Assembly (NCBI GenBank): GCA_963726265.1
Contig: CAVSBQ010000002.1
Span: forward strand, 384,001 to 448,000
Origin: Candidatus Aenigmatarchaeota archaeon
GTDB lineage: Archaea > Aenigmatarchaeota > Aenigmatarchaeia > QMZP01 > QMZT01
DNA length: 64,000 nucleotides
Direction of reading: 5' to 3'
Shown: piece after piece, positions 19,319 to 29,776 of the stretch
How the letters are laid out: each line of letters opens with the position of its first letter
Position numbering within the stretch: position 1 is the first letter of the stretch
The notes under the pieces: generated by a model
Seen by the model: only the letters and a program-made list of their open reading frames with translations
Told to the model about the DNA's origin: nothing
The model's database searches: none
Program-made: the position numbers and the translations under genes

Positions 19319-22300
19319 ATGAAGGGGAATGCAGGGTTATTGGTAGCTTTGCTGATAGTGCTTGTTTCAGCCGTTTTTATTTTGATACCATTACGCTTCA
19401 GCGGCTTCTTCGCCTTGACAACGGGCGAAAACGCAAGCCTGGCGCTGTGGGATATAACCGATTCCCAGGGAGGCAATCTATACGTCTACGCCGACGGCAG
19501 CCCGCTGGGCAGCAGGGAGAACTCGACGACCCTGGCAAGATTTTATGCAAACTACACCAACATCACGTCAGGCCAATCGATAAACGGGACTGGCGTCGTG
19601 TGCAACATAAGCTTCAACGTCTCCGGCGCTTTCACTTCGCCCGCTAACATGTGGTTCAACGCTTCATCAAGGCTTTATGTATACAACAGGAGCTTCGCCT
19701 CGCGCGGCCTCTACCCGTGGAACGCGACGTGCTACGGCTCTTCGCAGAATTACGACACGCTGACCACGGTGGACAACGTGACCGTCACCAACACGCCCGC
19801 GGGCATATACGTCCCGCTCCTGACAAAAACCTGCTACGAGGACACGATCTGTTACCACAACTTCAGCGCGGACTGCTACGACATAGACGACGTCGACGAG
19901 AACAACCTCACCTACGGCTACAAGGCCGGCACGGATTTCAGCGGCTTCGGCATAAACACCTCCACGGGCAACATCACCGTTTACGTGACGAATGACACGG
20001 CCTGCGGTGACTTCTACGTCACGCTCATAGACAAGGATTCAACAGGCTGGGGCTCGACCGCGGACAAGGAGTTCGTCGTCAACGCGGTCAACGACGCGCC
20101 CAGCCTCGGCAGCGTCCAGAGCAGCTCCTACCAGAATTCATCGCTCTATTATGACATAGACGCTACCGACGAGGAAACACCGAGCGGACCGTTCTTTTTC
20201 AACATAACGTTTCTCGCATGCTACAGGCCGTTCAGCTCGCAGCACACCAACGTGAGCAACTGCACCGGCCTTTTCGCGATAAACAGCTCGACGGGCGTGA
20301 TAAACAGGACCGTGGTCTTCGCCAACAGCGAGGTCGGCAACTACACCGTGAATTTCACCGTGACGGATACGGGCAACAACCTCAGCGGAACCTCGACACC
20401 GCCGTATGCGTGGCTGTTCAACGAGACGGACGCGCACGTCATCAACTTCACTGTCATCGACATAAACGACAGGCCGGCCATAAGCGCCGTGGCGAACCAG
20501 TTCTGGTCGCAGGGCCAGAGCGTCACGCTCGTCATAAACGCGAGCGACATCGACAACGGCACGCTCGCGTTCAGCGCGACAACACTATATCGCAACCTTT
20601 CCTCGTATTACAACACGTCCCTTTTCCCGGTTGCTTTCAACGAGACTCTCCGCCTAGACAACGGCACGAGCCTCGGCAACGCCACGCTCAATTTCGCCCC
20701 GCTGCTCAACGGCCAGGTGGGCAACTACACGCTGAATTTCTCGGTTTACGACGGCAGGCAGAACGGCACGCAGTCGCTTCTCGTCAACTTCACCATATAC
20801 AACATAAACGACCAGCCCAGCCTGAATTTCAGTTGCAGGAATTATTCAGTCGAGGGCGTCGGGTATTACTGCAACGTGGGCCAGAACACGACCGACCCTG
20901 ATAATTTCGCGTCTTACGTGCCCTACACGGACGCGGTAAACGGCACGCTCACCTACAGCATCAATTTCACCTACTGCAACAAGACCTTCAATGCGAGCGA
21001 TACCAACTGCTCGATATTCGCCATCAACCAGACGACGGGCGTCATAAACTATACGACTCCTCTAAGGAATGACACCGGCAACTACACGCTGAACGTCACC
21101 GTCACCGACGGCGGCAATCTTGCAGCATCCTCCGTGTTCAATTTCACCGTTATCGCGGACTACGCGCCGAACATAACCACGTCAATCGCCTCGCAGACCG
21201 CCACGCAGGACCAGGCCTTCTTCCTGTCCGTCAACGCGACGGACCTGGACAACGCGACGGATACGCTGGCCTTCAGGACGGAAACCTATTACCGCAACGG
21301 CACGCTCCTGAATGCGACGAAATTCCCCATACAAACTGACCTTGGCTACTGGCCGCTCGGGCCTGCGACAGGCATGATGAACTACACCACCATCAACAAC
21401 TCCCAGGTCGGCAATTATACCGTAAAAATAATAGTAAACGATACGTGGGGCAGAGAGGATTACAGGCTCGTCAACTTCACCGTTTACAACGCCAACGATC
21501 CGCCGGTCATAAACTTTACGTGCCTGAATGCGACGAATGAAACCACATACTACTCTCCCACCAGTTATCTTTGCAACGTCGGCCAGAACACGACCGACCC
21601 CGACCAGCAGACGCCTTACGGCGACACGCTGACTTACGGCATGGCCTTCCTCGCCGGCCTTCCGCTCTTCTCCATCAACCCGGCGACGGGCCTGATAAAT
21701 TTCTCCGCGGCAAACGATTCGTGGGCCAACAGCTCGCTCAACTTCACGTATGCCGTCAACATAACCGTCAGCGACAGCAGCGGCCTGGGCGCCTCGCAGA
21801 CGCTCAACATAACCGTTTACGCGGTCAACGACCCGCCCGAGCTCAATTTCACCAACACGAGCATAAGCGTGAACTCGACTTATTTCGAGAACGTGAGCGC
21901 TGAAATGAGGGACGAGGAGAATGACGCGCCTTTCGCATTCAACGTGACTTTTGTCAACTGTTCTAAAACGAATACGAGCGATACCAACTGCTCGATATTC
22001 GCCATCAACCAAACGACCGGGGTCATAAACTTCTCCGCGCTCGAGAAGGACAGGGGCAACTACACGCTGAACGTCACCGTCAGGGACAGCGGCAATACGA
22101 CTTACCCGCACAATGCAACAGGCTGGAAGCTCGTGAGCTTCAGGCTAACCGCCATGAACCATGCGCCCGGCGCGGACATAGTGGGAACGTTCAACATCAA
22201 CTGGACCTACACTAGCAGCTTCAGCGAGAACGACACCATAACCTTCATGATAAACGTTTCCGACGCGGACGGCGATACGCTCTCTTGCACGTGGTTCAGA

Positions 22301-23539
22301 AACTCGACGCAGATAGGGAGCGTGGAATCGTGCCAGGACGACAGCACGTGGGAATACACGCCGGGCTTCGATGAAGCCGGCTACTGGACCATGAGGCTGC
22401 AGGTCAGCGATTCGCAAAGCACCGCCTATGACGAATGGAACGTGAACATAAGCAACAGGAACAGGCCGCCCGAGCTCATCTATCCTGCGCAGAACCAGTC
22501 GTGGAACATGAACACCGTGAACAGGAACATAGTCCTGTCCTACAACTTCCGCGACCCTGACAACGAGAACAGCGTCTCGAACGACGACAACAACCTGACC
22601 ATAAACTATACCGGGCCGCAGCATGTAACCGTCATGATAGACGACCATCTCCCGCCCCTGAGCATAGAGCCGGCGAACTGGACGAACAAGGCCGCCGTCA
22701 CGCTCACGCCGCAGACGGACTGGTACGGCATTGAAAGCATCATATTTACCGTCAACGATTCGCAGGCTTCGGCTTCGAGCAACAACATAACCCTGAACGT
22801 CAGCTACACGGAAGCCACGCAGCAGACGGTGGTCCAGCAGAGCGGCGGTGGCGGCGGAGGCGCAACGTCCTCCGGGACCAAGGTGGCATCGCTCACCATA
22901 ACCGTCTCGCCCATGGAAAAGATAAAGGCGTTCAACCGGACCTCCGCCGTCGTGACGCTTAAGAACACGGGCCAGGTGGTGCTCAGCAACATAAGCATTA
23001 GAGTTTACGTGAAAGAGGCCAACGATATTGCCCCAAGCCTCACCAAGAGTTCCGTCGGTCAGCTCACCACCAACGAGGAAGCCAACACGACGCTGAACAT
23101 AGTGACATACGAGCTCACCAAGGACAACTATGAGGTAAAGCTGACCGCGAGTGTTGCCGACCCGAAGTTCAACCAGTCGACCACCATATACATAAGGCCC
23201 ATTTTCAACGAGACCAGGCTGGAAGAGAGGATACAGGTCGCGAGGGACCTTTTCCAGGACAACCCCGAGTGCATAGACCTCATGGAGCTCATATTCCAGG
23301 CGGAAAAGGAGGTCACCGGCAACAACGTGGAGAAGGCGAAACAGCTGACCGAGAGCGCTATCGAGAACTGCAGGGACATCATACAATACGCGAACGCGAC
23401 CAAGAGGAAGGTCACCCCCGAAGCTGAGACCATACCCATAAACGAGATAACGATAGCGCTCCTTTTCATAAGCCTCGTCGCAGTCGTGGCCTACAACATG
23501 GCGGAAAAAAGGGCGCAGGCCAGGAAGGAGAAAAAATAA
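19319..23539 (+). CDS. Very large cadherin/Ig-repeat surface glycoprotein with N- and C-terminal TM
   Basis: Many NDxP / GNYTxNxTV repeats, Gly linker, CARDB-like module, C-terminal TM plus basic tail. Confidence 0.85.
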   Translation: MKGNAGLLVALLIVLVSAVFILIPLRFSGFFALTTGENASLALWDITDSQGGNLYVYADGSPLGSRENSTTLARFYANYTNITSGQSINGTGVVCNISFNVSGAFTSPANMWFNASSRLYVYNRSFASRGLYPWNATCYGSSQNYDTLTTVDNVTVTNTPAGIYVPLLTKTCYEDTICYHNFSADCYDIDDVDENNLTYGYKAGTDFSGFGINTSTGNITVYVTNDTACGDFYVTLIDKDSTGWGSTADKEFVVNAVNDAPSLGSVQSSSYQNSSLYYDIDATDEETPSGPFFFNITFLACYRPFSSQHTNVSNCTGLFAINSSTGVINRTVVFANSEVGNYTVNFTVTDTGNNLSGTSTPPYAWLFNETDAHVINFTVIDINDRPAISAVANQFWSQGQSVTLVINASDIDNGTLAFSATTLYRNLSSYYNTSLFPVAFNETLRLDNGTSLGNATLNFAPLLNGQVGNYTLNFSVYDGRQNGTQSLLVNFTIYNINDQPSLNFSCRNYSVEGVGYYCNVGQNTTDPDNFASYVPYTDAVNGTLTYSINFTYCNKTFNASDTNCSIFAINQTTGVINYTTPLRNDTGNYTLNVTVTDGGNLAASSVFNFTVIADYAPNITTSIASQTATQDQAFFLSVNATDLDNATDTLAFRTETYYRNGTLLNATKFPIQTDLGYWPLGPATGMMNYTTINNSQVGNYTVKIIVNDTWGREDYRLVNFTVYNANDPPVINFTCLNATNETTYYSPTSYLCNVGQNTTDPDQQTPYGDTLTYGMAFLAGLPLFSINPATGLINFSAANDSWANSSLNFTYAVNITVSDSSGLGASQTLNITVYAVNDPPELNFTNTSISVNSTYFENVSAEMRDEENDAPFAFNVTFVNCSKTNTSDTNCSIFAINQTTGVINFSALEKDRGNYTLNVTVRDSGNTTYPHNATGWKLVSFRLTAMNHAPGADIVGTFNINWTYTSSFSENDTITFMINVSDADGDTLSCTWFRNSTQIGSVESCQDDSTWEYTPGFDEAGYWTMRLQVSDSQSTAYDEWNVNISNRNRPPELIYPAQNQSWNMNTVNRNIVLSYNFRDPDNENSVSNDDNNLTINYTGPQHVTVMIDDHLPPLSIEPANWTNKAAVTLTPQTDWYGIESIIFTVNDSQASASSNNITLNVSYTEATQQTVVQQSGGGGGGATSSGTKVASLTITVSPMEKIKAFNRTSAVVTLKNTGQVVLSNISIRVYVKEANDIAPSLTKSSVGQLTTNEEANTTLNIVTYELTKDNYEVKLTASVADPKFNQSTTIYIRPIFNETRLEERIQVARDLFQDNPECIDLMELIFQAEKEVTGNNVEKAKQLTESAIENCRDIIQYANATKRKVTPEAETIPINEITIALLFISLVAVVAYNMAEKRAQARKEKK
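20994..22011 (+). repeat. Intragenic 37-bp identical direct repeat (20994-21030 and 21975-22011) within duplicated Ig modules
   Basis: cgagcgataccaactgctcgatattcgccatcaacca occurs twice. Confidence 0.85.
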
Positions 23540-23601
23540 ATAATTAGATGCGGACCAGATATGTATAAAAGCGAAAACAAGAAAGAAGGAGAAAAGAAAG
23601 G

Positions 23602-23781
23602 ATGATATCGGGCATGTGTTCCGTATGCGGCCAGGTTACCAAAACCCCCCATTCCTGCTTATCTTGCGGGGCGATAGTCTGCGAGCAGCATTATGATTTC
23701 ACGTCCGGCTTCTGCCCGCGCTGCAAAGCAAGGCTTAAGCACATCGAGCAGCGCGGACCGAGTGCCCCGAGGCATTTTTGA
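23602..23781 (+). CDS. Small zinc-finger protein (59 aa, below the ORF-track cutoff)
   Basis: MISGMCSVC...CLSC...CEQH...CPRC: four CxxC/CxxH pairs. Confidence 0.8.
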   Translation: MISGMCSVCGQVTKTPHSCLSCGAIVCEQHYDFTSGFCPRCKARLKHIEQRGPSAPRHF

Positions 23782-23841
23782 GGGGAAACAGGAAAAACAT
23801 TTTCAGCAAACTTAAAAGTAGGCGCAGGAATATTATATCAC

Positions 23842-23966
23842 GCCGGGATGGCGGAATGGTAACGCGCTAGCCTGGAAAAAGGCTTAGGATTCCGCTGATG
23901 CGGAATTAACAAAAACAGACAGCTAGTCTCCTTACGGGGTCCTGGGTTCGAATCCCAGTCCCGGCG
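23842..23966 (+). tRNA. tRNA-Ser(GGA) with 43-nt intron at 37/38 (23878-23920)
   Basis: GCCGGGA/TCCCGGC acceptor, CTAGC-CT-GGA-A|A-GCTAG, long variable arm, TTCGAAT T-loop. Confidence 0.93.
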
Positions 23967-23994
23967 TTTTAAAACTAAAAACGAAGGTAATCGC

Positions 23995-24711
23995 ATGAAT
24001 CAGGCCAATGCGGAAAAGGGTTTGGAGAAAATCGAGAAAATCCTGTTGCCGGAGCCTTTCGCTTCGCTGACGGGCGGGATAGAGCGCGGAGCGCTCACGA
24101 ACTTCTACGGCCCGCCAGGCGTGGGCAAGACGAACGTCTGCATACTTGCCGCGCTGGAATGCATAAAGAAAGGCGGCCGCGTGATTTACATAGACACCGA
24201 AGGCGGACTCTCGCCGGAGCGCATAATGCAGATAAGCGGCGACGAAAGCGACCTGGAAAATATAATAGTCATCGAGCCGAAAACGTTCGAGGAGCAGGGC
24301 GTCGTGATAAAGAACCTGGAAAGCCAGGGCCAGGCCTTCGACATGCTGATACTCGACTCTGCGGTCGCTCTTTACAGGCTGAAATGCGCCGACCAGGACA
24401 GGGAAACGCTCGATACCAACAAGGACCTTTCCGTCCAGCTTTCAGTCCTTTCCAACCTTGCGAGAAGGAAAAAAATCCCCGTCATCATAACCGCGCACGC
24501 CTTCAGGAACTGGGACACGGGCGAGAACCAGATGATCGGCGGCGACGCGATAAGATACTGGTCAAAAGCGATCGTCTACATCGAGCACACGGGAAAAATG
24601 AGCGAGCGCAAGGCGACAATAATCAAGCACCGCTCGATGCCTGAAGGGAAATTCGCGAAATTCGAGCTCGTCGCCGACGGCATAAAGCCCAGCGGCTTCA
24701 GGATTTTTTAA
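23995..24711 (+). CDS. radB: DNA repair protein RadB
   Basis: GPPGVGKT, YIDTEGG, LILDS, C-terminal KHR motif; no RadA N-domain. Confidence 0.9.
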   Translation: MNQANAEKGLEKIEKILLPEPFASLTGGIERGALTNFYGPPGVGKTNVCILAALECIKKGGRVIYIDTEGGLSPERIMQISGDESDLENIIVIEPKTFEEQGVVIKNLESQGQAFDMLILDSAVALYRLKCADQDRETLDTNKDLSVQLSVLSNLARRKKIPVIITAHAFRNWDTGENQMIGGDAIRYWSKAIVYIEHTGKMSERKATIIKHRSMPEGKFAKFELVADGIKPSGFRIF

Positions 24712-26890
24712 CATGGGCTGATGCGGCTGGCGCATGGGTTTCTCTTTTTTCTTGTTTTGCTGCCGGCTTGTTCTGATGTGATTCTGTTTTTTGTTTGGCG
24801 GCTACTGGTTTATTTTCTTTTCCTTTTGCATGCTCGTCCTTCTTGCCCTTGCCGAACTTGCTCCCGACGAAGCCGCATTTGACGCACAATTTCCATGGTC
24901 TCCGCTTGAACTGCTTGATAAGAACTATGTTCAGCCCGCACTTCTCGCACTTCTCGTCGCTGGCGGTGATGTAGCCCCTCTGCGGCAGCGGGTAGCTCTG
25001 CCTGCACTTCGGGTAGCCGGAGCAGCCGACGAAATGCTTCTTGGTCATGTGCGAGCGTATGATGCGCAGCTCTCCTTTGCATGCGGGGCACACGCCGACG
25101 AAATGCGCCATCTCCTGGAATTCCTTCACGCCCTCTTTCAATTCGTTGCCTATGTGCAGCTCGTGCTCCTTGAACTTGGCGAGTATCTTTTCCAAGTCCT
25201 TTTTAGAATGCTCCACTATTTCCTCGCGCTTCTTCTTGCCCTTCTGTATGAGCTCTATCTCCTCGTCCAGCGTCTTGGTCAGCTCCTCTGAAATTATCTC
25301 GGGGCAGTGTTTCTCCAGCGACTCGACGACGGCCGAGCCGAGCGCCGTCACGCGTATGGACTTGTCCTTTATGTATTCCCTGTCGTAAAGCGTCTGCAGG
25401 ATTTGCGCGCGCGTCGCTTTCGTCCCGAGGTTCCTGTCCTCCATTATCTTGAGAATCGAGGCCTGCGAGAAGCGGTCGGGAGGCGTCGTCTCCTTCTCGC
25501 TCATCTTCACCTCGGACTTTTCGAGCGCGTCGCCTTTCGCCATTCCAGGCAGCAGCTGCTCCTTGAACTTCGCGTAACGGCCGTAAAACTCCATCCACTC
25601 GGACTTGATGGTTCTGACCCCGAAGGCCTTGAATTTCTCCCCGTTCGAGTCTATGACCGCGGTTATGCGCTCCCTTATCGCGGCGTCAGCGAAAGTGGAA
25701 AGGAATCTCCTGACTATTAAATCATAAACGTTGCGCTGGTAGCCGCCCAGCTTGACGGGCTCCTGGCCCGTCGGGAATATCGCCGGATGGGCGAGGTCCT
25801 CCTTTTCGCCTTCCCTGGGGACGAGCTTCTCCTTCCTGAGCAGCTTGCCGCAGAGCGCTGCATAATCCTTCTGTCCGGCCAGGCGCTCGATTATGGCCTT
25901 TAAGCCAAGCTTCTGAGGCAGCTTCTGGCTCGATGTCCTCGGGTAGGAAATGAGCGCATGCTCGTAAAGCGTTTGAGCGACGTCTAGCGTCATTTTCGGC
26001 GAATAGCCGAAGACGTTGAAGGCCTCGCGCTGCAGCGTAGTCAAATCGAAAGGCGTGGGCGGCAACTGCTTTACCATCTTCTTCTCGACTGATTCGACCG
26101 CTGCTTTCTTGCCGCTGCATTTTTTGAAAATGCCGTCCGCCTGCACCTTTTCCCAGAAGCGGTCGGTTGAATGGAAGGCGATTATCCCGTTGCCGTTCAC
26201 CAGGCCGTGAAGCTCAATTGTCCAGAAAAGCTCGGGGACGAAGCTTCCGATTTCGCGTTCGCGTTCCTCGAGGATCTTGAGCGTCGGTCCCTGAACTCGC
26301 CCGACTGAAAGGGTCCAATAGCCGCTCGCCCTTTCCAGCGCGAGTGTTAGCGCTCTTGAAAGGTTTATGCCCCACATGAAATCCAGCGTATGCCTGGTCA
26401 GGCCGGCCTCTATCTGCGGGAAGTCGAGATGCGGCGAAGCGTCCCTGAACGCGTCGACTATGTCGCCCTTGGTGAGCGTGGAGAACTTCATGCGTTTCCC
26501 GTCCTTCGCCCCGCATATGAAGCGGATTATGTTATAGGCGATGGTCGAACCCTCGATGTCGTAGTCGCAGGCCGACACGAACTCGTTCGCTCCTTTCGAG
26601 AGCTTCGCTATGGCGTTGTAGTATTTCTGCGCCCACAGGTTGTTCTTGTCGTCGAAGGTCGGCCTCCATTCCACGTCGAAGACCGGATACGTCCATTTCG
26701 CCTTCTTGTTCTTTTCATCGAGAACGAACAGATGCCCGACCGCCGGGACGACTACTATCTCCTTCCCGGCGTGCTTTATCCTAAAATATGAGCTTGCCTT
26801 GCCCGCTTTTTCAACCGCTCCGTCCGCAAGGGCGGAGGCGATTCTCTCGGCAGCGCTCGGCTTCTCGGCTATAATGAGCGTGTATGGCAT
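24698..26890 (-). CDS. topA: DNA topoisomerase I (type IA)
   Basis: IIAEKPSAA TOPRIM, DYDIEG, SVGRVQ, ISYPRT active Tyr, C-terminal Zn ribbons. Confidence 0.95.
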   Translation of the reverse strand: MPYTLIIAEKPSAAERIASALADGAVEKAGKASSYFRIKHAGKEIVVVPAVGHLFVLDEKNKKAKWTYPVFDVEWRPTFDDKNNLWAQKYYNAIAKLSKGANEFVSACDYDIEGSTIAYNIIRFICGAKDGKRMKFSTLTKGDIVDAFRDASPHLDFPQIEAGLTRHTLDFMWGINLSRALTLALERASGYWTLSVGRVQGPTLKILEEREREIGSFVPELFWTIELHGLVNGNGIIAFHSTDRFWEKVQADGIFKKCSGKKAAVESVEKKMVKQLPPTPFDLTTLQREAFNVFGYSPKMTLDVAQTLYEHALISYPRTSSQKLPQKLGLKAIIERLAGQKDYAALCGKLLRKEKLVPREGEKEDLAHPAIFPTGQEPVKLGGYQRNVYDLIVRRFLSTFADAAIRERITAVIDSNGEKFKAFGVRTIKSEWMEFYGRYAKFKEQLLPGMAKGDALEKSEVKMSEKETTPPDRFSQASILKIMEDRNLGTKATRAQILQTLYDREYIKDKSIRVTALGSAVVESLEKHCPEIISEELTKTLDEEIELIQKGKKKREEIVEHSKKDLEKILAKFKEHELHIGNELKEGVKEFQEMAHFVGVCPACKGELRIIRSHMTKKHFVGCSGYPKCRQSYPLPQRGYITASDEKCEKCGLNIVLIKQFKRRPWKLCVKCGFVGSKFGKGKKDEHAKGKENKPVAAKQKTESHQNKPAAKQEKRETHAPAASAHVKKS

Positions 26891-26968
26891 AATACTATTA
26901 AAACTGGCGCATGCTTAAAAGTCTTGAGCCTTTTCGCTTCTGCCAGTTTTCTTTGTGACGAATGCCGC

Positions 26969-27223
26969 TCAGACCTTGAAAACGAAGTCGCCTTCCCTCA
27001 CCCTGTCCGCCACCTTCAGGCCGATTGACTCGCCTTTCTTCGCTTCGTGCACGCTCTTGTGCTCGACCTGCATCGAATCGATTTTCTGCCTGACGTTCGT
27101 CGACGTCCCCTCGATGGAAATCTCGTCACCGACCTTGACCGTGCCCTCCAGCTCGACTATGGCGACGCCTATCTTGGTGAAGTAATGCTTTATCTTGCCG
27201 ACTAGCTTCTTTTCCTCTGCCAT
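26969..27223 (-). CDS. Small translation elongation factor-like beta-barrel protein
   Basis: VGKIKHYFTKIGVA...GESIGLKV..RVREGD.VFK. Confidence 0.8.
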   Translation of the reverse strand: MAEEKKLVGKIKHYFTKIGVAIVELEGTVKVGDEISIEGTSTNVRQKIDSMQVEHKSVHEAKKGESIGLKVADRVREGDFVFKV

Positions 27224-27302
27224 GTTTATTTCTTGAAAAAGGGGTTTAAAAGCGTGTTTAGAGGGCGGTTCAAGAACCGCAGAATCCAATGATTGCCCAA
27301 AC

Positions 27303-28214
27303 TTATCCATTCTTTTTCAGCTTATCTTCAAGCTCGCTTATCCTCTTCTTCAGCTCGACCATCTTCAGTTCGCGGCCCACGGACATCTTACTGAACTTCT
27401 CCAACTCCGTTATTTTATCCTCCAGCTTACTTTTGGATTCCTCCAGTTCCTTTGTCCTTTCACCGACTTTCTCCTCGAGTTCCCTGCTGTATTCCTCAAG
27501 CTTCTTCCTCGAGCCCTTGATTTCCTGAATCATGGCATTGAAGGCTGTGGAGAGGTTTCCAAGTTCATCCTTAGACCGGGCTTCCGTCACCGTGTCGAGG
27601 TTCCCCTTCTGCACCTCCATCGTCGCATGCTTGAGCTTGTAGATGTTTGTAAGCATGGCCTTGTTCATCAGGAACCAGACGAAGATGAAGCAAGTTGCTA
27701 TCCCGCACAGGATTAAAAATACGATGAAAAAGGCATATTCCATCACGCGCCCGTTCGACTTTTCGTTGGACAGGCCCTGGTGGATGACGGCAACTATCTT
27801 GTTGTTCACGATGAGCGGGGTGATGATGACGAACGCCGTCTTCTTTCCTTCCCTTTCACCTATGTTCTTGGTAGTCTCTATTCCCTGAAACGCATCGTCG
27901 ACCTCTTTCTTCTCCTCTTCGGTGATGAGCGGGGCGGCAGAGTTTTCGCTCGAGTATATCACCCTGTAATTCCTGCCCAATATCTCTGAAAACTCCACTT
28001 TTTCGTTGAAGAACTGCTCCAGCTTTGCCTTGTTTGCCGATGTCTCGAAGGCAAGGTCGCCGCTTTCAAGAAGAACCCTGTATGAACTCAGCCTGCCCAG
28101 CAGGAGCTCGCGTTCCGTGTTTATTTTGTTGTTGACCGTAAGCCCGCTGATGATGACGAGGATGATTGCCATGGGGACTATAGTCAGAAGCAGCGTCTTG
28201 TATCTGAGGAGCAT
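27303..28214 (-). CDS. Membrane sensor with HAMP domain and GRELKM coiled-coil tail (no kinase domain)
   Basis: Two TMs, HAMP (DELGNLSTAFNAM), C-terminal VGRELKMVELKK. Confidence 0.85.
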   Translation of the reverse strand: MLLRYKTLLLTIVPMAIILVIISGLTVNNKINTERELLLGRLSSYRVLLESGDLAFETSANKAKLEQFFNEKVEFSEILGRNYRVIYSSENSAAPLITEEEKKEVDDAFQGIETTKNIGEREGKKTAFVIITPLIVNNKIVAVIHQGLSNEKSNGRVMEYAFFIVFLILCGIATCFIFVWFLMNKAMLTNIYKLKHATMEVQKGNLDTVTEARSKDELGNLSTAFNAMIQEIKGSRKKLEEYSRELEEKVGERTKELEESKSKLEDKITELEKFSKMSVGRELKMVELKKRISELEDKLKKNG

Positions 28215-28241
28215 TTTACCATCTTTCGGCTTCTACCGGCT

Positions 28242-29684
28242 TCAGCTTCCACTGTCTACTCTGTGCATGTCGGCCAGTATCAAGTCGTATGCCTCGTCTG
28301 CCGTGATTTTCCCGTCCATGACGTCACCAAGGTGCTTGGCGAAATCTACCGTGAGGTCCTTGTACTTCTCACCAAGGACGTAATCGACCGTTTTCGAATC
28401 GAACACGTTCCCTCCATACTTGTTGGTGATGTAAGTGATGAACGTGTCGAATTGTGTGATTTCCGCGGTGGTGCCGCCGGCTTCGCTGATGCCGCCCTTG
28501 ATGCCCGTAGGTCCTTTGGCGTACCGTATCCACTTTTCGGCAGTGTTAGGCGTGGAAAATGCCATCATGAGCTCGACTGCTTCTTCCTTCGCAGGCGAGT
28601 CCTTGGCCACGGCAAACATCGGGTTGTACCCGCCTATGTAATGGTTTACTGGCCTGTACATGGGCATCTCGACGGGCACCATCTTCATGGTCTTCCTTGC
28701 GTCTATCCCGTGCCAGTGGCTGTACATCCACGAGGCACCGCACACCGTGAAGACGGCCTTGTTCTCGAGGACGTAGTAGCGCGTCTCAAACCAGGGAAGG
28801 TCCTTCCAGCCCGGTATCAGCGGCTTGTACTGGCTCAGTTCCTCAAGGGAGCTGAGCACCTTCCTCACGGCGTCGAGCTTTGCCTGGGAGGTGTTCGTGT
28901 CCTTTATAAACTCTATGTCGGAAAACTCGGACCTGAATAAGCTCTGGAATATGTTCCACGTGCTTGGCGCGTAGCCGATGCCCCCCGCATAGTCTCCGCT
29001 GTCGTAAAGTATGGGTATGTCAGTCCCGTGCTGCTCGTTGTAGTCATGAACTGCTTTGAAGTACCCGAGAAGGTCCTCAAACGTCATGTTCTTGTCCTTT
29101 ACCTCTATGCCCATCATGTCCGTGAGCTCCTTGTTGTAGAAGAAAGGTTGGTAGAAACCTTCCATGTAGGGGCCGGTTATCACGCCGTTCATGTGGTTCC
29201 TGAACTGCGGGTCGGAAAGGATGAACGGCTGCTGGCTCTCGTTGAATCCGGGAACGGTCTCGAAATCCACGAGGTAGTGCTTTGCCCAATCTTGGTCGTT
29301 CAGCCCCTTGGTAATCTCCTGATAATAGAAAGGCTCGAGCCAGATGATGTCCCATTCTATGTCGCCGCTCTTGAACTGGTTTATCGCGGCATCCAGACAC
29401 CCCTTGCGCCCTCCGGGGAAATCCGCATTCCACTTGATGTTCACCCTGACGTTTGGGTTCCTGGCCTCGAATTCCTTGACAGTCTCCGTGACGAAATCCT
29501 CACGCAGGTCCTCGCCCTTCCAGTGGCCCTGCATATTGATTACCACTTGGTCTTTCTGGGTCGTGTTGGAAACATTTATCCTCTGCGTCCTGCTTATGTC
29601 GCCCGGGACCTGCGTCGTGCAGCCGGATACGAAAACTAAGATTAGTAAAAGCAAAACCAAACACGCCGCTATTTTCCTTTTCAT
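28242..29684 (-). CDS. ABC-type (sugar-class) extracellular solute-binding lipoprotein
   Basis: Lipobox-like VSGC, EFEARNPNVRV, FFYNKEL. Confidence 0.8.
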   Translation of the reverse strand: MKRKIAACLVLLLLILVFVSGCTTQVPGDISRTQRINVSNTTQKDQVVINMQGHWKGEDLREDFVTETVKEFEARNPNVRVNIKWNADFPGGRKGCLDAAINQFKSGDIEWDIIWLEPFYYQEITKGLNDQDWAKHYLVDFETVPGFNESQQPFILSDPQFRNHMNGVITGPYMEGFYQPFFYNKELTDMMGIEVKDKNMTFEDLLGYFKAVHDYNEQHGTDIPILYDSGDYAGGIGYAPSTWNIFQSLFRSEFSDIEFIKDTNTSQAKLDAVRKVLSSLEELSQYKPLIPGWKDLPWFETRYYVLENKAVFTVCGASWMYSHWHGIDARKTMKMVPVEMPMYRPVNHYIGGYNPMFAVAKDSPAKEEAVELMMAFSTPNTAEKWIRYAKGPTGIKGGISEAGGTTAEITQFDTFITYITNKYGGNVFDSKTVDYVLGEKYKDLTVDFAKHLGDVMDGKITADEAYDLILADMHRVDSGS

Positions 29685-29776
29685 AGGCTTCCTTAATTTA
29701 ACTTTGTTCCAATCTCATATATATATTTAATTATATGGATTACACTAGAGAGGGTGTTACTGATAAGTTATCCAAA

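Noticed and set aside
21182..23386. Long antisense ORFs (309 and 413 aa) and similar shadows throughout the window
   Set aside because: Expected from GC3-biased coding on the opposite strand; no recognisable motifs
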